Part shown: positions 35,281 through 44,169 of the stretch, piece by piece
Position numbering within the stretch: position 1 is the first letter of the stretch
How the letters are laid out: each line of letters starts with the position of its first letter
Assembly (NCBI GenBank): GCA_965248435.1
Contig: OZ252100.1
Span: 160,001 to 224,000, forward strand
DNA: 64,000 nt
Reading direction: 5' to 3'
Source: Candidatus Latescibacterota bacterium
Lineage (GTDB): Bacteria; Latescibacterota; UBA2968; GCA-2709665
The notes under the pieces: generated by a model
The model's database searches: none
Told to the model about the DNA's origin: nothing
Seen by the model: only the letters and a program-made list of their open reading frames with translations
Position numbers and translations under genes: made by a program

Positions 35281-37146
35281 ATGCCCAATCGAATCCGCAT
35301 TCTCCCGGATGAAACCGCGAACCGGATTGCGGCCGGGGAGGTCGTAGAGCGGCCCGCCTCTGTCGTTAAAGAGCTTGTCGAAAACGCCATCGACGCTGAC
35401 GCGGACAGGGTTGTGGTTGAGATAAAGGCCGGCGGGAAAGAGCAGATTCGCGTGAGCGACAATGGCGTAGGGATGTCGCAAGATGATGCGCTCCTTTCGC
35501 TGGAGCGGCACGCGACCAGCAAGATCTCTGACCTGTCCGACCTGCGAGGCCTGCGAACGCTTGGTTTCCGTGGGGAGGCACTTCCCAGCATGGCTGCCGT
35601 GTCAAGAATGGTCCTGGAAACCTGTCTTCGGGATGAGACAGAAGGAACGCGGATCGTCGTTGAAGGGGGGCGAATAAGAGATGTGTCTCCGGTCGGACGC
35701 GGCGCCGGGACAACAGTGTCGGCCGACGGGATTTTCTTCAATGTGCCGGCCAGGCGCAAGTTCCTCAAGGGGACCGAAACCGAAATGCGGCACGTCGTCA
35801 ACTCGGTTACCGGTCTGGCGATCGCCTATCCGGAGATCGCCTTCACCCTCTCACACAATGGCCGAGAGGTCCACAACCTGCAGCGATCGGACCGCAAGCA
35901 AAGGATCGAAACCATCTTCGACCTCGCGGCCGATAGAAATGCGATCTACGTTGAAAAATTGACGCAAGGCATCGGCGTGCACGGGTTCGTCGGGCTTCCG
36001 GAATCGGCCCGTAAGTCGGGGGCTCGGCAGGCCTTGATCGTAAACGGGCGCTGGGTGTTTCACAAGGGGATCTCGTATGCGATCTTCGACGGCTACGGGG
36101 GCCTGCTGCCGCGCGGCCTCTACCCGACCTTCTGCATCTTTCTGGAGGTGGACCCGAGCCGGATCGATGTGAACGTCCATCCATCGAAACGGGAGGTCCG
36201 CTTCACTGACGAGCGGGCGATTTACCGGGTGATTGCAGATGCCGTGCGCGAGTCTCTGACGATCGCGAACGTGATCCCGGAATTCTCTCAACCTCCCTTC
36301 GCGCGACCGTCTTCAGGCCTGCCGGAGGAGGCCAGCGATGACTTTGGCGAGCCGGCATCGCTCCCACCGCCCGCGAGTATCGTTGCGGATCGACCGGGCG
36401 GAGGCCCGCGCGGGGCCTACCTTCCTGGACATCTGACGCTCGAGGCTGAGCGCCAGATGACCCTCTCGCTGACCCGTGCTCAGCCGGGAGCTGATCCAAT
36501 GGAAGGGACTGGGCAACAGGACGATACAGAGCTCTTTGAAGATGATACATCGGAGATCGCAGCGTGGCAGCTTCATCGGCGCTATATCCTCGCCCACATC
36601 AAGCAGGGCGTCGTGATCATCGATCAGCACGTGGCTCACGAGCGGGTGCGTTACGAGGCGGCATTGGACCAATTTCAGGCAACCTCGGGAACCGGCCAAG
36701 GCCTGCTCTTCCCGCTGACGCTTGATTTCAGCCTGCCGGAGAAGGAGATCCTGAACGAAGCCATCCCGCTGTTGGACAGGATGGGGTTCAGCATCCGAGA
36801 CTTCGGGGGGAACAGTATGGTTGTGGATGCGATTCCGGTAGACCTGGAGATCTGGCAGGATGGCAAACTCCTGCGCGAAATCGTGGATGACCTGATTGAC
36901 GACGAACAGCGCCTGGATACCCCTCCATCACAGCAGGATCCCAAGGTCACGCCCCTCGAGCACCACCTCGCGGCTTCCTACGCTTGCCATACATCGATCC
37001 GATCGGGAGATGCACTCTCGACTCAGGAGATGCGCGGCCTCATAGATAAGCTTTTCGCCACACGCGAGCCCTTCGTCTGTCCCCACGGTCGGCCGATCGT
37101 GGTCAAGGTCCCCCTGCAGGAAATCGACCGTCGTTTCGGGCGTTAG
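35281..37146 (+). CDS. mutL: DNA mismatch repair endonuclease MutL
   Basis: IAAGEVVERPASVVKELVEN, GFRGEAL, DQHVAHER, CPHGRP. Confidence 0.97.
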   Translation: MPNRIRILPDETANRIAAGEVVERPASVVKELVENAIDADADRVVVEIKAGGKEQIRVSDNGVGMSQDDALLSLERHATSKISDLSDLRGLRTLGFRGEALPSMAAVSRMVLETCLRDETEGTRIVVEGGRIRDVSPVGRGAGTTVSADGIFFNVPARRKFLKGTETEMRHVVNSVTGLAIAYPEIAFTLSHNGREVHNLQRSDRKQRIETIFDLAADRNAIYVEKLTQGIGVHGFVGLPESARKSGARQALIVNGRWVFHKGISYAIFDGYGGLLPRGLYPTFCIFLEVDPSRIDVNVHPSKREVRFTDERAIYRVIADAVRESLTIANVIPEFSQPPFARPSSGLPEEASDDFGEPASLPPPASIVADRPGGGPRGAYLPGHLTLEAERQMTLSLTRAQPGADPMEGTGQQDDTELFEDDTSEIAAWQLHRRYILAHIKQGVVIIDQHVAHERVRYEAALDQFQATSGTGQGLLFPLTLDFSLPEKEILNEAIPLLDRMGFSIRDFGGNSMVVDAIPVDLEIWQDGKLLREIVDDLIDDEQRLDTPPSQQDPKVTPLEHHLAASYACHTSIRSGDALSTQEMRGLIDKLFATREPFVCPHGRPIVVKVPLQEIDRRFGR

Positions 37147-37151
37147 ACGCC

Positions 37152-38072
37152 GTGTCTGAGCTACCCCTTCTGCTCGTCCTCGCTGGACCGACAGCGACCG
37201 GCAAGACCAGAACCGGTATCGGCCTCGCCGAAGCATTGGATGGGGAGATCATCTCGGCGGATGCCCGGCAGATCTATCGCCACATGGATATCGGCACTGC
37301 CAAGCCGAATAAGGAGGAACGGGCGGACGCGTCTCACCATGTTATCGACGTGGCGAACCCGGATGAGACCTATAGCGCTGGACGCTACGCGAGAGAGGCT
37401 GCGGCCGCGATCGACGATGTGATCAAAAGGGGGCGATCTCCGATCGTAGTGGGGGGGTCGGGGTTTTATCTGGAAGCGCTGCTCAAAGGGTTCTCGCCGA
37501 TCCCCGAGGTTCCACCAGATATGAGGGCCGCCCTGCAGGAGCAGGCGAGGGCTGATCTGGAGGGTCTGTATCGTCGACTGATGGGGGTGGATCCCGAAAC
37601 GGCATCGCGCCTGAATGCGAACGATGCGCAGAGGATCGTGAGGGGGCTGGAAGTGTATGAAGCGACCGGCGAGAAGCTGTCGGACCTTCAAGCCCTTCCT
37701 CGAGCGCAATACGGATCCTGGAACGTCAAATCGTTCGGCCTGACGATGGATCGGGAAGCGCTCTATCGCAGGATCGAGGACCGAGTGGGGAGAATGATCG
37801 AAGCGGGGCTGATCGAAGAAGTGAAGGGCCTCCGAGAGATGGGATATGGTCCGGAACTGAACGCGCTGAATACGTTCGGTTACCGGGAGACGTTTTCTTA
37901 CCTGGATGGGCGGATGAGATTGGATGATGCGGTGGAGGAGATGAAGATGGAGACGCGGCGCTACGCCAAACGCCAGATGACCTGGTTCAGGCGGGATCGC
38001 GAGATCGCCTGGATTGATCCCACCACGCAGGACGCCCCTTCTGAGATCCTTCGCGTGCTGGAAAGGGGTTGA
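37152..38072 (+). CDS. miaA: tRNA dimethylallyltransferase
   Basis: GPTATGKT, DARQIYRHMDIGTAKP, VGGSGFY, TRRYAKRQMTWF. Confidence 0.96.
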   Translation: MSELPLLLVLAGPTATGKTRTGIGLAEALDGEIISADARQIYRHMDIGTAKPNKEERADASHHVIDVANPDETYSAGRYAREAAAAIDDVIKRGRSPIVVGGSGFYLEALLKGFSPIPEVPPDMRAALQEQARADLEGLYRRLMGVDPETASRLNANDAQRIVRGLEVYEATGEKLSDLQALPRAQYGSWNVKSFGLTMDREALYRRIEDRVGRMIEAGLIEEVKGLREMGYGPELNALNTFGYRETFSYLDGRMRLDDAVEEMKMETRRYAKRQMTWFRRDREIAWIDPTTQDAPSEILRVLERG

Positions 38073-38097
38073 CAGACCTGTAGGGACTGGCTAGATT
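38069..38097 (+). promoter_or_regulatory. Sigma70 promoter of tRNA-Gly
   Basis: TTGACA-17nt-TAGATT, 13 nt before the tRNA. Confidence 0.75.
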
Positions 38098-38110
38098 CGG
38101 GAATACCGGG

Positions 38111-38185
38111 GCGGGAGTAGTTCAGCGGTAGAACGCAAGCTTCCCAAGCTTGATGTCGCGGGTTCGATCCCCGTCTCCCGCTCCA
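38111..38185 (+). tRNA. tRNA-Gly (anticodon CCC)
   Basis: GCGGGAG/CTCCCGC acceptor stem, D arm, CAAGC-TTCCCAA-GCTTG anticodon arm, GGTTCGAT T-loop, encoded CCA. Confidence 0.97.
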
Positions 38186-38253
38186 AATAATCTATTGAAC
38201 AACAATAACTTACGGGCAGCTGGCCAGTCAGCCAACTGCCCATTCTTCTGTCC

Positions 38254-38272
38254 TGCTAACAGCGTGCTAACA
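38254..38272 (+). repeat. Left arm-type repeat TGCTAACAGCGTGCTAACA
   Basis: Two TGCTAAC heptamers with 11-bp periodicity; near-identical copy at 41241-41259. Confidence 0.75.
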
Positions 38273-38416
38273 AAAGACTGATTTCTGCCGCTTTGTCAGT
38301 GGACAGGTCATTTCCAAAAGGCACTATCGGTAACAAATTGCGTGGAACGGGATTTGGTTATACCTTGCATGGTCGTCCGCGTAGTCTCCACTAATGTCCA
38401 ACAGCATCGAGGCGCT

Positions 38417-41119
38417 ATGACAACCGAACACGCCTGGACCCACCGTGGTTTCGAATCCTTTTCTGAAGGCCGCTTTGAAGATGGTGGCACCAACCTCTAC
38501 GTCAACGCTAAGGGCATCATTGAGACCATCCATCGCACGGACGTCGACAACGACGGCTATGTCGACATCGTCTTGCCGAACGCACAGGGCTACAACGAAC
38601 GCGGACCGACCTGGATCTACAAGCCCGGTCCCGGCGACGGTGCGACGTGGGAACGGCGTGAGTTGCCGACCGACAGCGGCGACTCGTGCCGCATCGTGGA
38701 CCTGGACGGCGACGGGCATCAGGATCTGATCATCATTAATTCGTCGAACGGCGTGTCGTGCGAATTGCTCTGCCACATCTACTGGGGCGGGCCGAACGGG
38801 CTGACCGGTGAGAGGACCGATCTGCGGACGGTCGGGGCCTACGACGTTGCCGTCTTCGACGTAAACGGGGACGGGCGTCTGGACCTGGTTTTTCCGTCGG
38901 CGTGGGTCGATCATCACAACCCGGGGAGACCCCTTCCGCTGCACGTTTACCTGCAGGGAGACGACCGACAGTTCAAAGACCGGGGCGAGGAGTACGGTCT
39001 CACCGGGATCGGCGCCCGGTCTGTGGCGGTGGCGGACCTGAACGGGGACGGTCATCTCGACCTGGTGGTGGCCAACTACCGCCACGAGTTCGAATACAAA
39101 ATCGATTCTTACATCTACTGGGGCACGAAGGACGGTTTCGACACGACGCCCCAGGGTCTTCCGACGGACACGGCGACCAAGGTGTTCCTCGCCGATTTCA
39201 ACGGGAACGGCCGGCCTGATATCATGTTCTGCGGCAACAACAAGGTCCAAGTCTACTGGAACGACGAGGGTCGCTTCAGTCCCGACAATGGTCTGGTCGT
39301 CGAGACGGAGGGGCTTCAAGGCGAATTTCACTTCGGCAAACTCTACGCTACGGCGGCCGACGTGGACGGCGACGGGCGGGACGAGCTGCTGGTCGCGACA
39401 CAGCGCGGGGTGGAGATCCGGTCCGCCGACGATCTGACCGAGGTGAAGCAGTTCCTGCCGCTGACATATGCCTACTGCGTCCACACCGCAGACCTGGACG
39501 GCGACGGACGTCCGGAGCTGATCGTCAGCAAGTATCAAGAGACGGAGACCTTCAACACGCAATCGGCGATCTACTGGAATGGTCCGGATGGATATTCGAC
39601 CGAACGCTGCGCCCGCGTGCCGACGATGGGGGCCGAGGGGGTGACCGCGGGCGACCTCGACGGCGACGGCAAGCCGGTTGTGGTCTTCTGCAATACCATG
39701 ACCGGACACGCCAAGACCAGCCCGACGCTGCCCTCCTACATCTACTTCGGAGGGCCTGAGGCGGACTACGGCGTGCACCGCCGCCAGGAATTGCCGGTGG
39801 GCGGCGAATGTTCTGAATGCGCGGTCACCGATCTGGACCTCGACGGGTGGAACGATCTCGTGTTCGGCAATATGGAAGGCCTGCGCATCTTTCAGGGAGG
39901 TCCCGACGGCTTCCATCCGGACCGTTATGAGGATCTGCCCTGTTTCATGCCGGGCGTGCAGGTGGCGGACTTCAACAGAGACGGGTATCTGGACATCTTG
40001 GCGCTCAGTCACACCTACAACGACAAGCCGGAGACGTTCGCGAATTCCTCGCGCATTTTCTGGGGCTCCGCCGAGGGATTCAGTCCCGATCGCTTCGACA
40101 TCTTTCCGACATTCACCGGCTCCCACGCCCATCTGGCCGACTTTACTCGAAACGGAACCCTGGATGTGCTGGTTGGGGACAAGCGCGGTTACATCCTGAT
40201 CTATCTGGGTGGCCCGGGGGGGTATTCCCTCGACCGCACGCAGCGCATCCCGATGTACAAGGACTGGCTCGGCAACGTCAACACGGCCGCCGACCTGAAC
40301 GGCAACGGTTGGCTTGACCTGGTGGTTTCCAGCGCCGGCCACTACCTCCGCAGGCCGGATACGCTGACGATCTTCTATGGCGGCCCGGACGGCTACAGCT
40401 GGGACAACACGCAGCACTATGAGGGCGGCTTCTCGCCTGGACAGATGACCGTCGCGGACCTGAACAACAACGGCCTGCTGGACCTGATCGTGCCGGCGTA
40501 CTCGACCGAACTGACGCGGGTCGTGCCGGTGCAGATCTTCTGGAACCAGGGGGACCGCTTCGACCTGGAACACCCGCTCGTGCTGCACGCGGATGCCGGC
40601 TTCGAGGCGCTCCCGATCGATCTCAACCGAAACGGCTACATCGACCTGTTCCTTGCGTGCCATCGCAACGACGTCGGCCACGTTGTGGACTCCCATATCT
40701 TCTGGAACGGCCCGGAAGGAATATCGAACGACCGCACGACGCCGCTGCCCGGCATGGGGCCTCACAGGCTGAATGCCCGCATGCCCGGGAACGCCTACAC
40801 GCGAGAGCCGATCGAACGCTACACCTCGCCGGCACACGAGACGGGTGATCGTCGGCCGTGCCGGATCAGCTGGGAGGCCGAGGTACCCGAGACGACGACT
40901 TTGCAGTTCGAGTTGCGCTGTGCGGAGAACGAAACGGCGCTGGAGCAGATGCCGTGGATGGGACCGGAAGGGGGGGGGTCGATGTTCGAGAATACGGGGG
41001 TGTCGATTCCGGAGCTGTGGCCGTCGACCCGCTTTGTGCAGTATCGCGCGACATTCACATCGCTATACGGCTGCCGTTCGCCACGGCTGCGCCAGGTCCG
41101 TATCGATTTCCGAAGCTGA
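38417..41119 (+). CDS. FG-GAP/VCBS repeat (beta-propeller) protein, about 900 aa
   Basis: Many DxNGDGxxDL repeats each followed by IYWGG-type strands. ATG 38417 after GAGG; no signal peptide. Confidence 0.9.
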   Translation: MTTEHAWTHRGFESFSEGRFEDGGTNLYVNAKGIIETIHRTDVDNDGYVDIVLPNAQGYNERGPTWIYKPGPGDGATWERRELPTDSGDSCRIVDLDGDGHQDLIIINSSNGVSCELLCHIYWGGPNGLTGERTDLRTVGAYDVAVFDVNGDGRLDLVFPSAWVDHHNPGRPLPLHVYLQGDDRQFKDRGEEYGLTGIGARSVAVADLNGDGHLDLVVANYRHEFEYKIDSYIYWGTKDGFDTTPQGLPTDTATKVFLADFNGNGRPDIMFCGNNKVQVYWNDEGRFSPDNGLVVETEGLQGEFHFGKLYATAADVDGDGRDELLVATQRGVEIRSADDLTEVKQFLPLTYAYCVHTADLDGDGRPELIVSKYQETETFNTQSAIYWNGPDGYSTERCARVPTMGAEGVTAGDLDGDGKPVVVFCNTMTGHAKTSPTLPSYIYFGGPEADYGVHRRQELPVGGECSECAVTDLDLDGWNDLVFGNMEGLRIFQGGPDGFHPDRYEDLPCFMPGVQVADFNRDGYLDILALSHTYNDKPETFANSSRIFWGSAEGFSPDRFDIFPTFTGSHAHLADFTRNGTLDVLVGDKRGYILIYLGGPGGYSLDRTQRIPMYKDWLGNVNTAADLNGNGWLDLVVSSAGHYLRRPDTLTIFYGGPDGYSWDNTQHYEGGFSPGQMTVADLNNNGLLDLIVPAYSTELTRVVPVQIFWNQGDRFDLEHPLVLHADAGFEALPIDLNRNGYIDLFLACHRNDVGHVVDSHIFWNGPEGISNDRTTPLPGMGPHRLNARMPGNAYTREPIERYTSPAHETGDRRPCRISWEAEVPETTTLQFELRCAENETALEQMPWMGPEGGGSMFENTGVSIPELWPSTRFVQYRATFTSLYGCRSPRLRQVRIDFRS

Positions 41120-41240
41120 AGACGAGAGGACCCTGCCAAGCTACCGGATCGAGGCTTGGAAGGGACCTGCCGATGAGAAAGATCTGGTTTGTGAAGTAAC
41201 GCAGAGATCGCCGTGACAGGTAATGATGTGCCACTATTCG

Positions 41241-41259
41241 TACTAACAGCCTGCTAACC
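41241..41259 (+). repeat. Right arm-type repeat TACTAACAGCCTGCTAACC
   Basis: 16/19 identical to the left repeat, same orientation, about 45 bp from the att core. Confidence 0.75.
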
Positions 41260-41304
41260 GGACCGACCGAAACGGGCCGAAACAGCCGAGATGCCAAATA
41301 ATGA

Positions 41305-41352
41305 CTTCCCAAGCTTGATGTCGCGGGTTCGATAAGCCCCGTCTTCGCTCCA
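41305..41352 (+). repeat. attR: displaced 3' half of tRNA-Gly
   Basis: CTTCCCAAGCTTGATGTCGCGGGTTCGAT + AAG insertion + CCCCGTCTTCGCTCCA. Confidence 0.92.
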
Positions 41353-41374
41353 GAATCTCCTCTTGAATATCTTT

Positions 41375-41405
41375 GGAGGATCGCTTTTTGCGATCCTCCG
41401 TTTTT
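41375..41405 (+). terminator. Intrinsic terminator (probably the original tRNA terminator)
   Basis: GGAGGATCGC-TTTTT-GCGATCCTCC then GTTTTT, 22 nt after the displaced tRNA end. Confidence 0.8.
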
Positions 41406-41424
41406 GTAGATGCCACGGATGCAC

Positions 41425-41463
41425 AAAGAAAGGGCCCCGTTCGCGAACTGCGAGCGGGGCCTT
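41425..41463 (-). terminator. Intrinsic terminator for minus-strand gene
   Basis: GGCCCCGTTCGC / GCGAGCGGGGCC stem preceded by an A-rich run on + (U tract on -). Confidence 0.6.
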
Positions 41464-41525
41464 CTCAGTCTAGCGCTTCCCTCAATACGGATGATTTTAG
41501 ATGTTTGGTTCCTCAAGAAACCTGT

Positions 41526-42455
41526 TCAACGGGCTACGAAGTTGATCTGTCCAGGTTGAAAGGTCAGCTCGGAAAATAGCGGCCCTGGCTTAGTCCCAGG
41601 CGGGGGCTGCACCGGCTGGAAAGAAACAATCGTCAGAGCGTGCAGCTCGATAGAAAATCTCCTTGTTTGTCCTCTGTCCAGGAGATGAAATGCGATCTGA
41701 CCCCGCAGCGGGACACCCATGCTGGCCTTCTTCACCAGGTCAGAAACGGCCGCTGTACCATCTTTGTCCGAGTTTAGACTCAATTGAACCGGTGAGATCT
41801 GGAGCCGACCCCCTTCGTTCCGACAGGTCACCGGGCTGGCGGCGTGGACTTGCACGTTCCCGGGCAGGCCGATGCTGTTTTCCATGATGAAATATGCCTC
41901 TTTAGCCAGAATATTTGGATCTATGCGCGGAGCAGATCCCCCACCTGAGCCTGACTTGAGGGGGATGGTGCTGGGGATGATCTGGACCGACATCGTGGCA
42001 AAAGAGCTGCTCTCGGGGTTTAACGTGGGGAAGGTAACCTGCGAGATGGCATAGTTGCTGTAGTTTTGGCGGCCCACTTCGCGCCCGGTCTTATCAAAAG
42101 TTTGGACTTCGACAGGCCTCGTACTGGGGGCTCCTCTTATCGCATCAAGAATCCAACTGGATAATGCTGGAGGCATCGATTGCGGATGAAAGCTGAAATC
42201 GATCGGCCCTCCCTGTGTTTTTCCTGTGGTGGTGACCTGGTATCTATCTCCCCCGGTGGTGCTGGTTGCCATCTGCGTGACCGGGTCAGCCACATTGAAA
42301 TGGATTACGTTTACAAGACCGCCCCCGATCAACACTGCTACTCTATGCGCTTGGGCCATGTCTGTTTTCACATCTGCAGCCTTGGCTGGTAGAGAAACAA
42401 TGAGTAAGAGCAGAACTACATGGGTTAGGACCCAAGGTAATTTATGGGCTCGCAC
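41526..42455 (-). CDS. Putative secreted protein with T4 gp19/tail-tube-like similarity
   Basis: GGGAGG SD then GTG at 42455; signal peptide (VVLLLLIVSLPAKA|AD). The segment LSSWI..DKTGREVGRQNY..AISQVTFPTL...MSVQIIP resembles tail-tube proteins as recalled. Confidence 0.55.
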   Translation of the reverse strand: MRAHKLPWVLTHVVLLLLIVSLPAKAADVKTDMAQAHRVAVLIGGGLVNVIHFNVADPVTQMATSTTGGDRYQVTTTGKTQGGPIDFSFHPQSMPPALSSWILDAIRGAPSTRPVEVQTFDKTGREVGRQNYSNYAISQVTFPTLNPESSSFATMSVQIIPSTIPLKSGSGGGSAPRIDPNILAKEAYFIMENSIGLPGNVQVHAASPVTCRNEGGRLQISPVQLSLNSDKDGTAAVSDLVKKASMGVPLRGQIAFHLLDRGQTRRFSIELHALTIVSFQPVQPPPGTKPGPLFSELTFQPGQINFVAR

Positions 42456-42747
42456 GGCTTGTACCTCCCTTTCTAAAGGTTTCCTGCGGACTGGTGAGCG
42501 GATACAATGGACAATATAAGCACTTGGAAGAGAAAAACTCGTGACAATGGTCACCAAGATAGGGCGCAGTAATTGGTTCAACAATGAGAAAATGATTCTA
42601 CGACCCCTATGGGACCAAACATGATGTCGCGTTGGACATCGGGAGGTTTCTCGCTGAATTGCCTTGACCCCCAAACCCTTTTCGTTTATCTTCAGTATTA
42701 AGTAATTCCGTAGAATTTCCCCACACCGCATTGTGTGACAACCAGAT

Positions 42748-44169
42748 ATGAGCGATCCAATTCCCGTCGAAGGTCGCCCCATGGTGACCGAGCTGCAGAT
42801 CGGCGTCGAGGTCACAGGGGTGATTCCGCGCGGCCTCGGGGAAGAGGCTGGAATTCTCCCGGGGGATGTAATCGAGCGGATAAACGGGGAAGCGGTCCGG
42901 GATCCGATCGATTACCGGTTCCACATCGGCGAGGACCTGGTCGAACTGGAGGTTCTACGCGGGGAGGAGAGGGTTGTCTTCGACATCGAAAAGGATCCGG
43001 ATGATGATCTCGGACTGGAACTCGAAGACCTTTCGATCCTCAAGTGCAACAACAAATGTGTCTTCTGTTTTCTGCATCAAATGCCGAAGGGGATGCGCAA
43101 GACCCTCTACTATCAGGACGATGATTACCGCCTTTCTTTTGCACACGGGGCCTATGTAACGCTCACGAACCTTTCGGAAGCCGATTTTCAGAGGATCGTG
43201 GATCAGCGGTTGAGCCCTGTCTACATCTCCGTTCACGCGACCGATCCGAAATTGAGGGGAAGCCTTTTGGGGCGCGAAAAGGCGGTCGACGTGGACGTGA
43301 TGGAAAGGATTCGCTTCCTGAGCGAAAACGGGATCGAGATGCACACGCAGGTCGTCCTCTGCCCCGGACTGAACGATGACCTCCATCTGAAACGAACCGT
43401 CTTCGACCTCGCAGCCTGTTATCCAGACGTGGCGTCCCTTGGTATCGTCCCTCTGGGGTTGACGCGATTCCGAAAGAACCTTCCAGAACTCGATCCAGTC
43501 ACCCCCGAAATTGCAGATAGGACGATCGAGCAGGTAACGCCGTGGCAGTCCAGTTTGAAGAAGAAGCTCGGGCACAATTTCGTCTACCTCGGGGACGAAT
43601 TCTACCTGCAGGCCGACCGAGACATTCCGTCCGCATCCGCCTATGATGGATTTCCACTCCTGGAGAATGGGGTGGGGATGGTGCGCCGGTTCTGTGACGC
43701 CTTTGAAAGCGGAGTTGACCGCCTTCGGAGCGTCCCCGAGCCGCGACGCATCCTGCTGGTGACGAGCCGGCTTGGCGAAAGATTCGTGCGGGGGATGGTA
43801 GATCGTCTGAACGGTCTGGGATGCCTAGAGGTCGAACTCGTGGAGGTCCGGAATCGATTCTTCGGGGATGGGATCACGGTCACCGGTCTGCTGACCGGGG
43901 CGGACATGCTGGATGCGTTGAAAAGCGAATGGAAATCGCCCCAGGTTGTGGTCCTTCCTCCCAATTGCGTCAGCCACGCCGGGCTGTTTCTGGATGATCT
44001 CACACCGTCGGATCTTGCCGATGCCCTCGGGGCGGAGGTCGTGGTTGGGAGCTACGACCTCGTGCAGACGATAGAGCGGATTACCAGCGGCCGGAAAATG
44101 GAGAAGGGTGTCGGTGGTGACCCGCCGTGGGCGCATCCTTACATCTCTTCGCGCCAGATGGCATCCTGA
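42748..44169 (+). CDS. PDZ + DUF512 putative Fe-S oxidoreductase (radical SAM-like)
   Basis: N-terminal PDZ, CNNKCVFCF, DDDYRLSF, ENGVG, VTGLLTG; coupled to der. Confidence 0.88.
   Translation: MSDPIPVEGRPMVTELQIGVEVTGVIPRGLGEEAGILPGDVIERINGEAVRDPIDYRFHIGEDLVELEVLRGEERVVFDIEKDPDDDLGLELEDLSILKCNNKCVFCFLHQMPKGMRKTLYYQDDDYRLSFAHGAYVTLTNLSEADFQRIVDQRLSPVYISVHATDPKLRGSLLGREKAVDVDVMERIRFLSENGIEMHTQVVLCPGLNDDLHLKRTVFDLAACYPDVASLGIVPLGLTRFRKNLPELDPVTPEIADRTIEQVTPWQSSLKKKLGHNFVYLGDEFYLQADRDIPSASAYDGFPLLENGVGMVRRFCDAFESGVDRLRSVPEPRRILLVTSRLGERFVRGMVDRLNGLGCLEVELVEVRNRFFGDGITVTGLLTGADMLDALKSEWKSPQVVVLPPNCVSHAGLFLDDLTPSDLADALGAEVVVGSYDLVQTIERITSGRKMEKGVGGDPPWAHPYISSRQMAS

Larger units (their letters stand above)
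38140..41352. mobile_element. Integrase-less 3165-bp integrated element in tRNA-Gly(CCC)
   Basis: 29-bp exact direct repeat 38140-38168 / 41305-41333 starting at the anticodon loop and continuing as a degenerate tRNA 3' end to 41352. Paired TRCTAAC repeats inside both ends. Confidence 0.85.

Noticed and set aside
38324-40837. 837-aa antisense ORF
   Set aside because: Shadow of the GC3-biased FG-GAP gene on the opposite strand; no recognisable motifs.
42622-42640. TGATGTCGCG as a third tRNA-Gly att copy
   Set aside because: Only a 10-bp match, it omits the anticodon loop, and it is part of a local hairpin; likely chance.
42456-42815. N-terminal 120 aa of the 429-aa ORF track call
   Set aside because: Overlaps the DUF512 gene start; a better SD + GTG + signal peptide lies at 42455.
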